A stretch of 64,000 bases of DNA, taken from contig JAQTQC010000005.1 of the NCBI GenBank assembly GCA_028712505.1, positions 7,051 to 71,050 on the forward strand. The letters are read 5' to 3'. The first letter of the stretch is position 1; each line of letters begins with the position of its first letter. The position numbers and the translations under genes were made by a program. This stretch comes from Candidatus Omnitrophota bacterium (GTDB taxonomy: Bacteria > Omnitrophota > Gorgyraeia > Gygaellales > Profunditerraquicolaceae). The notes beneath the pieces are model-generated. The model was not told the origin of the DNA, searched no databases, and saw only the letters and a program-made list of their open reading frames with translations. Shown in pieces: positions 53,379 to 63,400 of the stretch.

Positions 53379-54311
53379 ATGCGGATATTTATTACCGGAG
53401 CAACCGGGTTTATCGGCAGGTCTCTTGTTGATGAGCTTATTTCTCGCGGACATAGCGAAATAACCGCGTTGACGCGCAAGACATCAGATACCGAATTTTT
53501 GAGAAACAGGGATATCAAGATAGTTTATGGAGATGTGACGGATAAAACTTGTTTAAAGCTTGTCGAGGGAGATTACGATGTTTTGTTCCATTGCGCGGGG
53601 TTAGTTACAAATCGCGATAAAAGGATGTTGCATGAAGTTAACGTAGCCGGGACGGAGAATATATGCCGTTGGGCTGCTGAGCGCAATATGAAGAAAGTGA
53701 TCTATGTCAGTTCCGTATCGGTAAATTCAGGCAACCCGGTCGATATGCTTACCGAGGATCATCCCTACTCTGCAACAAATCCTTATGGTGTTTCAAAGCT
53801 GGAAGCTGAGAAAATGGCTGTAAAGTTTCGCGATGCCGGACTCCCCATGGTTATTGTCCGTCCCTGTATTGTCTATGGCGAGGGAGAGCCGCATTGGATG
53901 CCATTTTTATCAAGGCTTATGCGCCTGAGGCTTTGTGTCATTCCTGCCTGTGGGGATAGATTGTTGCATATGGTTTCTGTCCGCAATCTGGCTGTTTGTC
54001 TTGTGCGTTGTTTCGAGGATAACCGTGCCCTGGGAGGGGTATTTAATATCGCTGATAACAATGTCCTTACTATTCGGGAGGTTCTTAAGGTTATCTCTAA
54101 AAGTTTACATGTTCCCATGCCTGTAACATTTCCCCGTTTTCTTAAAAATGTCGCCTCCCGTCTTCCTGTTATAGGTAAGCGTATCAGGTTCTTTGATAAA
54201 GACCGTGTTTATAGTATAAGAAAGTTAAAAGAAACAATTGATTTTTCGCCTCCACATGATGTAATAGTAGAGCTTATGTTTGCCGCGTTGTCTTTACGTG
54301 CGCATAAATGA
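53379..54311 (+). CDS. NAD-dependent epimerase/dehydratase family protein
   Basis: ITGATGFIGRSLV Rossmann motif, YGVSK. Confidence 0.7.
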   Translation: MRIFITGATGFIGRSLVDELISRGHSEITALTRKTSDTEFLRNRDIKIVYGDVTDKTCLKLVEGDYDVLFHCAGLVTNRDKRMLHEVNVAGTENICRWAAERNMKKVIYVSSVSVNSGNPVDMLTEDHPYSATNPYGVSKLEAEKMAVKFRDAGLPMVIVRPCIVYGEGEPHWMPFLSRLMRLRLCVIPACGDRLLHMVSVRNLAVCLVRCFEDNRALGGVFNIADNNVLTIREVLKVISKSLHVPMPVTFPRFLKNVASRLPVIGKRIRFFDKDRVYSIRKLKETIDFSPPHDVIVELMFAALSLRAHK

Positions 54312-54327
54312 TATTCTGATAGTTTGA

Positions 54328-55101
54328 TTGTCCAGTGTTGAAATAGGAAAGGAGAGTATTTTGCCTAAAGCAACTTTGAATGTTAAGTTATTGGATGTAA
54401 CCGAGAACGCCCTGGCGTTGATATATTCCGCCTGCCGGCAGTGTTATGCCGAAGAGTTTGCCGGAGATATCTACGAAAAGATAAAAGATGATGATGTCAA
54501 ACAAGCCGCATTCATCAAAAAAATAATTGCTTCAGGTCATGAAAGTCCTTTAGAGCATGTAAAATTCACTTTTGCCATTGAAGGCGTTTCCCGGGCGTTG
54601 ACTCATCAGCTTGTGCGGCATCGCCTGGCTTCATACTCCCAGCAGAGCCAGCGTTATGTCAAGGAGAGCGATTTTGATTATATCATTCCGCCGTCTATTG
54701 AAGCAAACCCTTTGGCAAAAAAGGAGTTTGAAAGAATAATGGCTTTGATCCAGGAAAGTTATACCAGGATATCTGAGGTTTTGTCAGAGAAAGGGCTAAG
54801 TGGAGAGACAGCCAACCAGGATGCGCGTTTTGTCCTGCCTCAGGCTGCAGAGACGAAGATCATCGTTACCATGAATTGTCGTGAACTGTTGCATTTTTTC
54901 AAGCATCGTTGTTGTTTTCGCGCGCAATGGGAAATCCGCAAGCTGGCAGAGAAGATGCTGTTGGATTGCAAAAAATGTCTTCCCTTGCTATTTTCTAAGG
55001 CAGGAGCCAAATGCATCTCTCTTGGATTTTGTCCTGAAGGAGCGCGTTTTTCTTGCGGCAGGTTTCCGGTGAAAGAAGAAAATGCAAAAGAAGGTAAATG
55101 A
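54328..55101 (+). CDS. thyX: flavin-dependent thymidylate synthase
   Basis: ThyX signature RHRLASYSQQSQRY. Confidence 0.8.
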   Translation: MSSVEIGKESILPKATLNVKLLDVTENALALIYSACRQCYAEEFAGDIYEKIKDDDVKQAAFIKKIIASGHESPLEHVKFTFAIEGVSRALTHQLVRHRLASYSQQSQRYVKESDFDYIIPPSIEANPLAKKEFERIMALIQESYTRISEVLSEKGLSGETANQDARFVLPQAAETKIIVTMNCRELLHFFKHRCCFRAQWEIRKLAEKMLLDCKKCLPLLFSKAGAKCISLGFCPEGARFSCGRFPVKEENAKEGK

Positions 55102-55904
55102 AAAATAGCAACCTGTTATCGTTTCTCAAAGATTCCTTATTTTCCGAGGAATATGCTTTAAAGGCTGGCTTTATGCAATCCTTGGATCCGAGGATAAAGG
55201 CATTAAGCTGTGCATTTTTTATCATAGCAACGTTATTCACAAAGAGCATCCCGGTTATTTTATCCTTATATCTGCTGTGTTTGTTTCTTGCCTGTGTTTC
55301 TAAGATTAGCTTAGGTTTCTTCTTAAAGCGAACCTGGATATTCATTCCTTTGTTTTCATTGTTCATCGGGCTTCCGGCGTTATTCAGTAATTTTACCCCC
55401 GGGGAAGAATTGTTCAGTTTTAAAGTCGCGGGGTTGATGTTGGTAGTCACTTCTTCTGGAGTCATTACCTTTTTATTATTTGTTTTACGGGTTAGCACTA
55501 CGGTGTCTTTTGCCGTACTCTTAAGCGTTACTACCCGGAATTTTGAACTGCTAAAAGTTTTAAGGATTTTTAGCATTCCGCAGGCATTTGTAATGGTTTT
55601 GGGAATATGCTACCGCTATCTTTATCTTTTTATCGAGATGATCGAGAATACCGGTCTTGCCATCAAAAGCAGGGTGGGGAGAATTGGGCATTATAAAAAA
55701 GGCCAGCAGATAGTTGGATGGAGTATCGCTTTCCTTTGGATGCGTTCATATCAGTTAAGCGGGGATGTATATAAAGCCATGCTCTCTCGCGGATACAGCG
55801 GAGAGTCTTATGTCCTGGATAATTTTAAGACGGATTTTAAGGATTGGCTGTGGTTGGTGCTGACAGGAGTAATCCTAATATGGGTAATCCGGTTTTCTCA
55901 TTAA
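55098..55904 (+). CDS. cbiQ: ECF transporter transmembrane (T) component CbiQ family
   Basis: 5-6 TM helices and CbiQ-like topology, directly upstream of the ECF ATPase. Confidence 0.6.
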   Translation: MKNSNLLSFLKDSLFSEEYALKAGFMQSLDPRIKALSCAFFIIATLFTKSIPVILSLYLLCLFLACVSKISLGFFLKRTWIFIPLFSLFIGLPALFSNFTPGEELFSFKVAGLMLVVTSSGVITFLLFVLRVSTTVSFAVLLSVTTRNFELLKVLRIFSIPQAFVMVLGICYRYLYLFIEMIENTGLAIKSRVGRIGHYKKGQQIVGWSIAFLWMRSYQLSGDVYKAMLSRGYSGESYVLDNFKTDFKDWLWLVLTGVILIWVIRFSH

Positions 55905-56698
55905 AGAATATTTGTTTTTCCTACCTGGGGAGATTCCCAGCTTTAGTTGCTGTGGATATCGACATTAACTCAGGCGAGAAGATTTCTGTTATCGGTGCTA
56001 ACGGTTCAGGCAAATCAACGTTACTGCATTTGCTTGATGGACTGATTTTTGCGGACAGCGGAAAGCTGGATTTCTCCGGAAGGGCTCTGGATGAATTGAG
56101 TTTTAAGGATGATAAATTCAGCCGGGATTTCCGGCGCAAGGTGGGGTTTGTTTTTCAGAACCCGGATGTGCAGTTGTTTTGTCCGACTGTTAAAGAAGAT
56201 ATCGTTTTTGGTCCGCTGCATCTGGGGTTTGGCAGGGAAGAAATCGGAAAACGGCTGGAGAAAGTAATTTGCGTTTTAGATATAAGCGGATTGCTGGATA
56301 GATCTCCCCATCAGTTAAGTGTAGGCGAGAAGCGTAAAGTGGCTATTGCCTCAACACTGATCATCGAACCGGATATTATTATCCTGGATGAGCCTACTGC
56401 CGGGCTTGACCCGCAGACCTCCCGAAAGATAATCGATCTGTTGATTCAGGAAAATTTAAACGGTAAAACAGTGATTACTTCTACGCATGATTTGCATATA
56501 GTGGAGGAGATATCGGATACGGTTTATGTGTTTGGGCAGGAAAAAAGGATAATTAAATCCGGCAGCCCGGATTCTATATTAGCTGATGTTCCTCTGCTTA
56601 CCGAGAATAACCTTGTGCATGTCCATAGCCACAGACATAAGGATAAGGTGCATGTCCACCCTCATGTGCATTTGGAGCATCACGCGCAGGATATTTAG
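55880..56698 (+). CDS. cbiO: ECF/ABC transporter ATPase (CbiO family) with His-rich C-terminal tail
   Basis: Walker A GANGSGKST, ABC signature LSVGEKRK, Walker B IIILDEPT. Tail HVHSHRHKDKVHVHPHVHLEHH. Start taken at MGNPVFSL. Confidence 0.75.
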   Translation: MGNPVFSLKNICFSYLGRFPALVAVDIDINSGEKISVIGANGSGKSTLLHLLDGLIFADSGKLDFSGRALDELSFKDDKFSRDFRRKVGFVFQNPDVQLFCPTVKEDIVFGPLHLGFGREEIGKRLEKVICVLDISGLLDRSPHQLSVGEKRKVAIASTLIIEPDIIILDEPTAGLDPQTSRKIIDLLIQENLNGKTVITSTHDLHIVEEISDTVYVFGQEKRIIKSGSPDSILADVPLLTENNLVHVHSHRHKDKVHVHPHVHLEHHAQDI

Positions 56699-56730
56699 TC
56701 GGCTGATTCTTAAAAAGAAAGGCTTGGATT

Positions 56731-57057
56731 ATGCGTAAAGAGAAATTTCTTTCTATTAAGTTAAGGGGAGGGCAAAGGTTTGTCCGTTTGCTCGGCGATT
56801 CAACCAAGCTGAAGGGTTTGTGCAGTGGGCTGGTGGCTTTGCAGCCGGGAGACTCAATTGGAGAGCATAAAACTGAGAACAAAGAAGAAGTGCTCGTTAT
56901 CATTAAAGGCAATGCTACTGTATATTATAGTAAGGATAAAAGTATAAAAGCCGGTCCAAATACTTTTATATATATCCCTCCGGAAACCGTGCATAATGTA
57001 AAGAATTCTGGCAGTAAGATTCTGCGCTATGTCTACATAACCTCCAAGATTAATTAA
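56731..57057 (+). CDS. cupin-domain protein (108 aa)
   Basis: Cupin_2-like motifs GDSIGEHKTE and PPETVHNVKN. Confidence 0.5.
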   Translation: MRKEKFLSIKLRGGQRFVRLLGDSTKLKGLCSGLVALQPGDSIGEHKTENKEEVLVIIKGNATVYYSKDKSIKAGPNTFIYIPPETVHNVKNSGSKILRYVYITSKIN

Positions 57058-57159
57058 AACACGTTTATTTTGTAACTCTATGAAATTAAATTAGTTGTAT
57101 ACATTGTCCGCCTGCCTTATTTTGCTTGCATTGTAATATTATTATTGTAGAATAAGCTT

Positions 57160-60100
57160 ATGCAGTCATTTTTTAAGTCCCAGATGGATTATATCTTCTT
57201 CATCTACGGGATGAGCTTCTTTATTCTCGCCGTCACCTGCCTGCTATTAATAAATACTGAAGAGAAAAAAATACCCTGGTTTTGGCTGGGGTTATTCGGT
57301 GTTGCCCACGCGATTAATGAATGGCTGGATTTGTGGGCTTTGTCCATCGGGGATACCTTTTTTTTCAGGTTAGCGCGCTTGGCGATACTGGCATTATCCT
57401 TTATTTTCCTGGCAGAATTCTCCCGTGTTTCTTTCTTGGTTTTGAAAGAGAAGTCCTTAAGCCGGTGGTTTTTTATTCCCTGGTTGATATTAGTCTATTT
57501 GGGGTGGTATTTTGGCGAAGATAATGGCCTTAACTTTACCTGTCGTTATTTTCTGGGTTTTGTCAGCGCTTTTAGCGCAGGGGCCATCTTAGTATTTTAT
57601 GCCTTAAAATTAAAGAATCCTCAGAGGCGCTTGATCGTTTATCTAGGCCTTTTTATTACAGCCTATTCTTTTACTCAGCTGGTAATCGCCAACCCTCCGT
57701 TTTTACTCAAACATACTTTATTCAACCAGGATAATTTCACCCGGTTTCTAGGTTTCCCCGTACAGTTACTGCGTTCTGTATTGGCTATGTGTATCGCCTT
57801 TACCATACTGACATACTGGTATTTTGTGCAAGGATGGCTGTATGGGGACAGGCCAGGAAAAGAGCGAAAAAAAGGACTTTTGTCAATAGGATTGATCTAC
57901 TTAATTTTGATAATCCTTGGCTGGTTGTTTGCCTATGAAACCGGTATTTATTTTCAAAAGTTGAATGCAGATGAACTCTCGGCTAAGGCTAAGACTGCAT
58001 CTTCGGCAATTAATTTCCGCCGCGTAGAAACACTTACTGCAACGCCGGCGGATATCGCTACTCCTAATTACCAGCGTCTCAAAGAGCAGCTCAGAGCGAT
58101 AAATGAGGCTAATGTTGAAATAAGCTATGTTTATTTAATTCGTTTTGACAACGGAAGGATAACTTTTCTTGTAGATTCGGAGCCGGATTCATCCGGCAAT
58201 AATTCTCCTCCGGGCCAGGTCTATGCAGAAGCGCCGCCGGAATTAAAGAATAAGTTTTTTAGCCAGCGGACTTTTGTCATTGATTCTTATATTGATAGAT
58301 GGGGTAATTGGGTCTCTGCTTTTTCCCCGGTCATTGACTTAGAAAGCAACAAAACAATTGCTTTAATCGGCATGGACGTGGATGCTAAGATCTGGCAGCA
58401 AAAGATGTTTGAGCATCGCCTGTTTGGTATCTTGGTTGATTTATGTGTATTCCTTTTGTTTTCCACTATTTTCATTATCTATCAGGTCAGCCGGGCTACT
58501 AATGAGAAAATAGCTGATTCCCAAAGGCACTTGCAGACATTGATCGATAATATCCCCAGTCCGGTTTTTTACAAAAATATCCAAGGTGTTTATCTAGGAT
58601 GTAATTTTGCTTTTGCGCAGTTCTTTGGATTAACAAAAAAAGACATAATCGGCAAGACTTTATTTGATTTTAACCCCTTGAATCAGGCAGAACTTAACCG
58701 CCGGGTGGATTTAGAGTTGTTTGGCCTGCATGATGGCGGCTCTAAGTCTTATGAAGCTGAATTGACAGATGCGCAAGGCAAGCAGCATATCATATTCTTA
58801 AATAAATCCACCTATCCTGGACCGGAGGGAAAGGTTGCCGGCTTGGTAGGGGTGATGCAGGATATTACCGAACGGATTAGGGCTGATGAGCGTATACAGA
58901 AGTTAACTAAAATTCAGTCTGCTCTGTTTAATCCGGGAAAGCTGGAAGATAAACTTAGGATAATCACGGATAATGTGGTGGATATCTTTCAGGCTGATTT
59001 CTCGCGCATCTGGCTGATGGAGCCGGCAGACCGGTGTAATTCAGGGTGCCCGCATGCTGCAGTTACAGAAGGGCCGCATATTTGCCTCAACCGGAAACAA
59101 TGTTTGCATTTAGTTGCCAGCTCGGGGCGTTATACACATATTGATGGAGGAGCGCATTCACGGGTCCCTTTTGGCTGCTATAAGATTGGCGGCATAGCAT
59201 CTGGAGAGTATCCTTCCTTTTTGACTAATGATGTAGCACATGATCTAAGGGTTCATAACCACAAATGGGCAGATCAATTGGGCTTGGTTTCTTTTGCTGG
59301 TTTCAGGCTGGGATTATCTGCCAGTGAAACAATTGGAGTATTGGCGCTTTTTTCAAAACAAACCATATCCCCCGATGAATATGCATTGATGAAGGTTATC
59401 AGTAATTTGACGATTCGGGTAATCAAGGCGTCGCAGGCAGAGGAGGGATTAAAGAAAAGCGAGGCGTGGTTTTCTACTACTTTGACTAGCATCGGAGATG
59501 CAGTAATTACTGTTGATACGGCTGGTCTAATAACTTTTATCAATCCTGTGGCTGAGAAATTAACCGGTTGGTTAAAATCCGAGGCTATAGGCAGATATAT
59601 AGATGATGTGTTTGTGATTAAGCAGGAAGATACGGGCGAAAAGGCTGCTAACCCTGTTCTAGAGGTTTTAAATAATGTCCGGATAGTGAATTTAGCTAGT
59701 CATGCTGTTTTGATATCTAAAGATGGGGGCAGGTGTGCGATTGACGATAGTGCTGCACCGATTAAAAGTGTAAATAGCCAAGAAGCTATAGGGGTGGTTT
59801 TGGTTTTTCGCGATGTTACTCAGAGGAATAAGATGGAAAATGAGTTGCGTGAGCTTTCCGTTGCTGTGGAACAAAGCCCTACCTGCGTAGTTATTACTGA
59901 TTTAAAGGGGGATATCCAGTATATCAATCCTAAGTTTACACAGATCACAGGTTATACTTCTGCCGAGGTTATTGGTAAAAATCCGCGCATATTGAAATCG
60001 GGAGGACAATCAGCCGAATTTTATAAGAATTTGTGGGATACAATCGTCTCAGGTAGGGAATGGCGGGGAGAGTTCCGTAATAAGAGGAAGAATGGCGAGC

Positions 60101-60930
60101 TTTATTGGGAAGAGGCATTTATATCTTCAATACGCAATCGCGAAGGAGTAATCACTAATTTTATTGCGGTTAAAGAAGATATCACTGAACGCAAGAAGAT
60201 GACACAAGAGTTAAAGCAGAAAAATATCGCGTTAGAGAAATTGGATCAGTTAAAGTCGGATTTTGTCTCTACTGTTTCTCATGAGTTACGTACGCCGCTT
60301 TCTATAACTAAAGAGGGGATTAGCCTGATTTTAGACGGCGTGATCGGGAGCATTAATCCTAGGCAAGAGAAGATCCTGACAACCTCAAAGAATAATATTG
60401 ACCGTTTAGCCAGGATTATTAATAACTTGTTGGATATATCTAAAATTGAGTCTGGAAAAATAGAGCTTAAAAAGAAGGATACCGATGTTATAGCCTTGAT
60501 CAACAATACGTTTGTTGCGTTTGAGAATAAGGCTAAAGAGAAAGGATTGGAGCTGAGGGTAAATTTGCCTAAGGGGCAAAGGTGCTTGTCTTTATATATT
60601 GATGAAGACAAGGTAATTCAGGTCTTTACTAATTTGATCGACAATGCTATTAAATTTACTGAAAAGGGGCATATCGGTGTTTCTCTGACGGAGAGGGAAA
60701 GTGAAGTGGAATTTGTTATCAACGATACAGGTATCGGCATCGCTGAAGAAGAACTGCCAAAAGTATTTAATAAGTTTTTACAATTCGGACGCACTGACGG
60801 AGGAGGAGAAAAGGGCACCGGATTGGGCCTTTCTATCGCCAAGGGGTTAATAGAATTGCATGGCGGTAAAATCCGGATAGAGAGTGAATTTGGCAAGGGG
60901 ACGAAGTTTATTTTTACCCTGCCTAAATGA
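57160..60930 (+). CDS. large hybrid-architecture sensor histidine kinase (7-8 TM N-domain, periplasmic Cache-like domain, multiple PAS/GAF domains, HisKA, HATPase_c)
   Basis: H-box [16 protein letters not shown] and G boxes [21 protein letters not shown]. The kinase core is paralogous to the kinase at 37956-39413. Confidence 0.8.
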   Translation: MQSFFKSQMDYIFFIYGMSFFILAVTCLLLINTEEKKIPWFWLGLFGVAHAINEWLDLWALSIGDTFFFRLARLAILALSFIFLAEFSRVSFLVLKEKSLSRWFFIPWLILVYLGWYFGEDNGLNFTCRYFLGFVSAFSAGAILVFYALKLKNPQRRLIVYLGLFITAYSFTQLVIANPPFLLKHTLFNQDNFTRFLGFPVQLLRSVLAMCIAFTILTYWYFVQGWLYGDRPGKERKKGLLSIGLIYLILIILGWLFAYETGIYFQKLNADELSAKAKTASSAINFRRVETLTATPADIATPNYQRLKEQLRAINEANVEISYVYLIRFDNGRITFLVDSEPDSSGNNSPPGQVYAEAPPELKNKFFSQRTFVIDSYIDRWGNWVSAFSPVIDLESNKTIALIGMDVDAKIWQQKMFEHRLFGILVDLCVFLLFSTIFIIYQVSRATNEKIADSQRHLQTLIDNIPSPVFYKNIQGVYLGCNFAFAQFFGLTKKDIIGKTLFDFNPLNQAELNRRVDLELFGLHDGGSKSYEAELTDAQGKQHIIFLNKSTYPGPEGKVAGLVGVMQDITERIRADERIQKLTKIQSALFNPGKLEDKLRIITDNVVDIFQADFSRIWLMEPADRCNSGCPHAAVTEGPHICLNRKQCLHLVASSGRYTHIDGGAHSRVPFGCYKIGGIASGEYPSFLTNDVAHDLRVHNHKWADQLGLVSFAGFRLGLSASETIGVLALFSKQTISPDEYALMKVISNLTIRVIKASQAEEGLKKSEAWFSTTLTSIGDAVITVDTAGLITFINPVAEKLTGWLKSEAIGRYIDDVFVIKQEDTGEKAANPVLEVLNNVRIVNLASHAVLISKDGGRCAIDDSAAPIKSVNSQEAIGVVLVFRDVTQRNKMENELRELSVAVEQSPTCVVITDLKGDIQYINPKFTQITGYTSAEVIGKNPRILKSGGQSAEFYKNLWDTIVSGREWRGEFRNKRKNGELYWEEAFISSIRNREGVITNFIAVKEDITERKKMTQELKQKNIALEKLDQLKSDFVSTVSHELRTPLSITKEGISLILDGVIGSINPRQEKILTTSKNNIDRLARIINNLLDISKIESGKIELKKKDTDVIALINNTFVAFENKAKEKGLELRVNLPKGQRCLSLYIDEDKVIQVFTNLIDNAIKFTEKGHIGVSLTERESEVEFVINDTGIGIAEEELPKVFNKFLQFGRTDGGGEKGTGLGLSIAKGLIELHGGKIRIESEFGKGTKFIFTLPK

Positions 60931-60996
60931 TTTTACTTATTTTAACTTTAAGCTATACTGATAAAATAAGCTGATCTTTTGAAGGAGTAGCCTAAG

Positions 60997-61371
60997 ATGA
61001 AGAATGATAACGCTAAAATACTGGTCATTGATGATGAGCCGGATCTTGTTGAAATGGTCACCTTGAGGCTGGAGGTAAACGGTTATCAGGTTATCTCTGC
61101 TTATGACGGCCAAGAGGGTCTGGCTAAGGCCCGGAATGAGAATCCGGATTTAATTATTCTTGACCTTATGCTTCCTAAAATAGACGGCTATAAAGTTTGC
61201 CGTCTGCTGAAATTTGACGAAAAATATAAAAAGATACCGATAATACTTTTTACCGCCCGCGCCCAGGAATCTGATATAAAAGTAGGTGAAGATGTAGGGG
61301 CGGATTCCTATTTAACTAAACCGTTTGAGCCGGATGTGCTTTTGGTTAAGGTAGCTCAACTATTGAAATAA
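60997..61371 (+). CDS. single-domain CheY-like response-regulator receiver (paralog of 39430-39795)
   Basis: KILVIDDEP, DLIILDLMLPKIDGY, LTKPFEP. Confidence 0.8.
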   Translation: MKNDNAKILVIDDEPDLVEMVTLRLEVNGYQVISAYDGQEGLAKARNENPDLIILDLMLPKIDGYKVCRLLKFDEKYKKIPIILFTARAQESDIKVGEDVGADSYLTKPFEPDVLLVKVAQLLK

Positions 61372-61374
61372 TAA

Positions 61375-61713
61375 ATGAATGGCGGAGAAGTAAACAGAAA
61401 AGCTAAAAGAAAAGATTTTTCCTGCGAGATCAAGGTCCGTTTTCCCGGCCAGGATAGCTATACTGTTTTAGCGGTTAAAGATATCAGCGCATCAGGCGCC
61501 AGGGTCATCATCACCAGGTTAGTTAAGCCGGGGGATTCTTTTGAAATAAGAATGTGCATCAACGGCCGGGATATCCAGTGCCGGGGCAAGGTTGCCTGGG
61601 CTCTGCTATTGCGGCCGGGTTTCGGCAGGATAAATTCTTTTGATGCCGGGGTAGAATTTTTTGAAATAAGCCCGCAGGATAAGGATTTTTTGGCAAAATT
61701 AACCGAGCAATAG
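61375..61713 (+). CDS. PilZ-domain c-di-GMP receptor
   Basis: RKAKR (RxxxR) and DISASG (DxSxxG) motifs. Confidence 0.65.
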   Translation: MNGGEVNRKAKRKDFSCEIKVRFPGQDSYTVLAVKDISASGARVIITRLVKPGDSFEIRMCINGRDIQCRGKVAWALLLRPGFGRINSFDAGVEFFEISPQDKDFLAKLTEQ

Positions 61714-61741
61714 AAGTTGCTGGTTTCAAATCGGAGTTAAA

Positions 61742-63397
61742 ATGGAAATAATCGATCTATTATTAAAACAAAACCTGATTACCCAGGCGCAGGTGGATAA
61801 GGCTAGGGACGAGGTAAAACGCACCGGGATCAAGCTTGAAAAGGCGCTGGAAAAGCTGGGTTTTATCTCGGAGGAGGATATCGCCGAGGCCCGGGCGAAT
61901 GCCTTGGGTTTTTTGTATATGAATTTGGAGGATTATGTCATTGACGCTGAGCTCACCAAGCTTATCCCGGAGAATGTCGCTATCAAATATAAAGCGGTTC
62001 CGCTTTTTAAGATTATGGATGCTTTGACAGTGGCAATGACCGATCCTAGCGATATAGAGGCCCTGGATCATATCCGCAGGATCAGCAAGGCTGGATCCGT
62101 CGATCCGGTGTTGGTTTCTGCCAAGAGCATCGAGAAGATCCTGGATTCTTATTATGGCCAGGGTAACTCTGTTGAAGAGATTGTCAAAACCTTTGAAAGC
62201 AAAAAGCTGTTGGTTGATAAAGGCGCCTTGACTGAAGCTGCGGAAGAACCTCCGATAATAAAATTAGTGAATATCCTGATTTCCGAAGCAGTTAAGGATC
62301 GTGTTTCGGATATCCATATTGAGCCGGAGGCGGCAGTTCTGCGCGTGCGCTACCGTATTGACGGGATCTTGCATGAGGTGCATTCTTTGCCGAAGAAGCT
62401 GCAAAATTCGGTTATCTCGAGGATCAAGATCCTGGCGAATATGGATATCGCAGAGAATAGAAGACCGCAGGACGGAAAGATCAGCGTGAAATTGGAGAAT
62501 AAGGATTTGGATATCAGGGTCTCTACTTTTCCTACTGTCCACGGAGAGAATGTGGTGATGCGTTTGCTGGACCGTTCCTCTATTTTGTTAGGATTGAAGG
62601 ATCTAGGTTTTAGCGAGGAAAATCTGGATGTTTTCGCTAAAATGATCCTCCAGCCAAACGGGATCATCCTGGTTACCGGGCCCACCGGCAGCGGAAAAAC
62701 AACCACGCTTTATTCCGCCTTAAGCACAATCAGTTCTATGGAAAAAAATATCATCACTATTGAAGATCCGGTTGAGTATGAATTACCTTTGATCCGCCAG
62801 ACTCAGGTTAACCCTAAGGCAGATATCACTTTTGCCAATGGCCTGCGTTCAATCCTGCGCCAGGACCCGGATGTGATCATGGTCGGTGAAATCCGCGACA
62901 AGGAAACTGCTGAGGTAGCAATACAGGCATCTTTAACCGGCCACTTGGTTTTTTCCACGTTACACACCAATGATGCCCCCAGTTCGCTGACGCGTTTGAT
63001 TGATATGGGCCTTGAACCATTTTTAATCTCGAGTTCATTAATCCTGATTGTTGCTCAAAGGTTAGTACGCCAGATCTGTCCTAAATGTAAAGAAGAATAT
63101 TCTCCTACGCCTGCTGCTCTGCAGAATTTAGGCCTGGATACCAATACGAGATTTTTCCGCGGTAAAGGATGTCCTGCCTGTAAAAATACCGGATTTCTTG
63201 GCCGCATCGGGATATTTGAAATATTAGTGCTTAATGAGGTTATCCGTAAAATGGTCGAGGAAAGAAAATCTGCGGATGCGATAAAAAAGAAGGCGATTGA
63301 ATTGGGGATGAAGACTTTGCGTGAAGATGGCTTGGATAAGGCAAGACAGGGCTTGACTACTATTGAGGAGATATTAAGGGTAACTGAAATAGAATAA
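61742..63397 (+). CDS. second GspE/PilB-family assembly ATPase
   Basis: GPTGSGKTTTLY, MVGEIRD, CPKCKEEY ... CPACKNTGFLGR. Confidence 0.85.
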   Translation: MEIIDLLLKQNLITQAQVDKARDEVKRTGIKLEKALEKLGFISEEDIAEARANALGFLYMNLEDYVIDAELTKLIPENVAIKYKAVPLFKIMDALTVAMTDPSDIEALDHIRRISKAGSVDPVLVSAKSIEKILDSYYGQGNSVEEIVKTFESKKLLVDKGALTEAAEEPPIIKLVNILISEAVKDRVSDIHIEPEAAVLRVRYRIDGILHEVHSLPKKLQNSVISRIKILANMDIAENRRPQDGKISVKLENKDLDIRVSTFPTVHGENVVMRLLDRSSILLGLKDLGFSEENLDVFAKMILQPNGIILVTGPTGSGKTTTLYSALSTISSMEKNIITIEDPVEYELPLIRQTQVNPKADITFANGLRSILRQDPDVIMVGEIRDKETAEVAIQASLTGHLVFSTLHTNDAPSSLTRLIDMGLEPFLISSSLILIVAQRLVRQICPKCKEEYSPTPAALQNLGLDTNTRFFRGKGCPACKNTGFLGRIGIFEILVLNEVIRKMVEERKSADAIKKKAIELGMKTLREDGLDKARQGLTTIEEILRVTEIE

Positions 63398-63400
63398 CTA

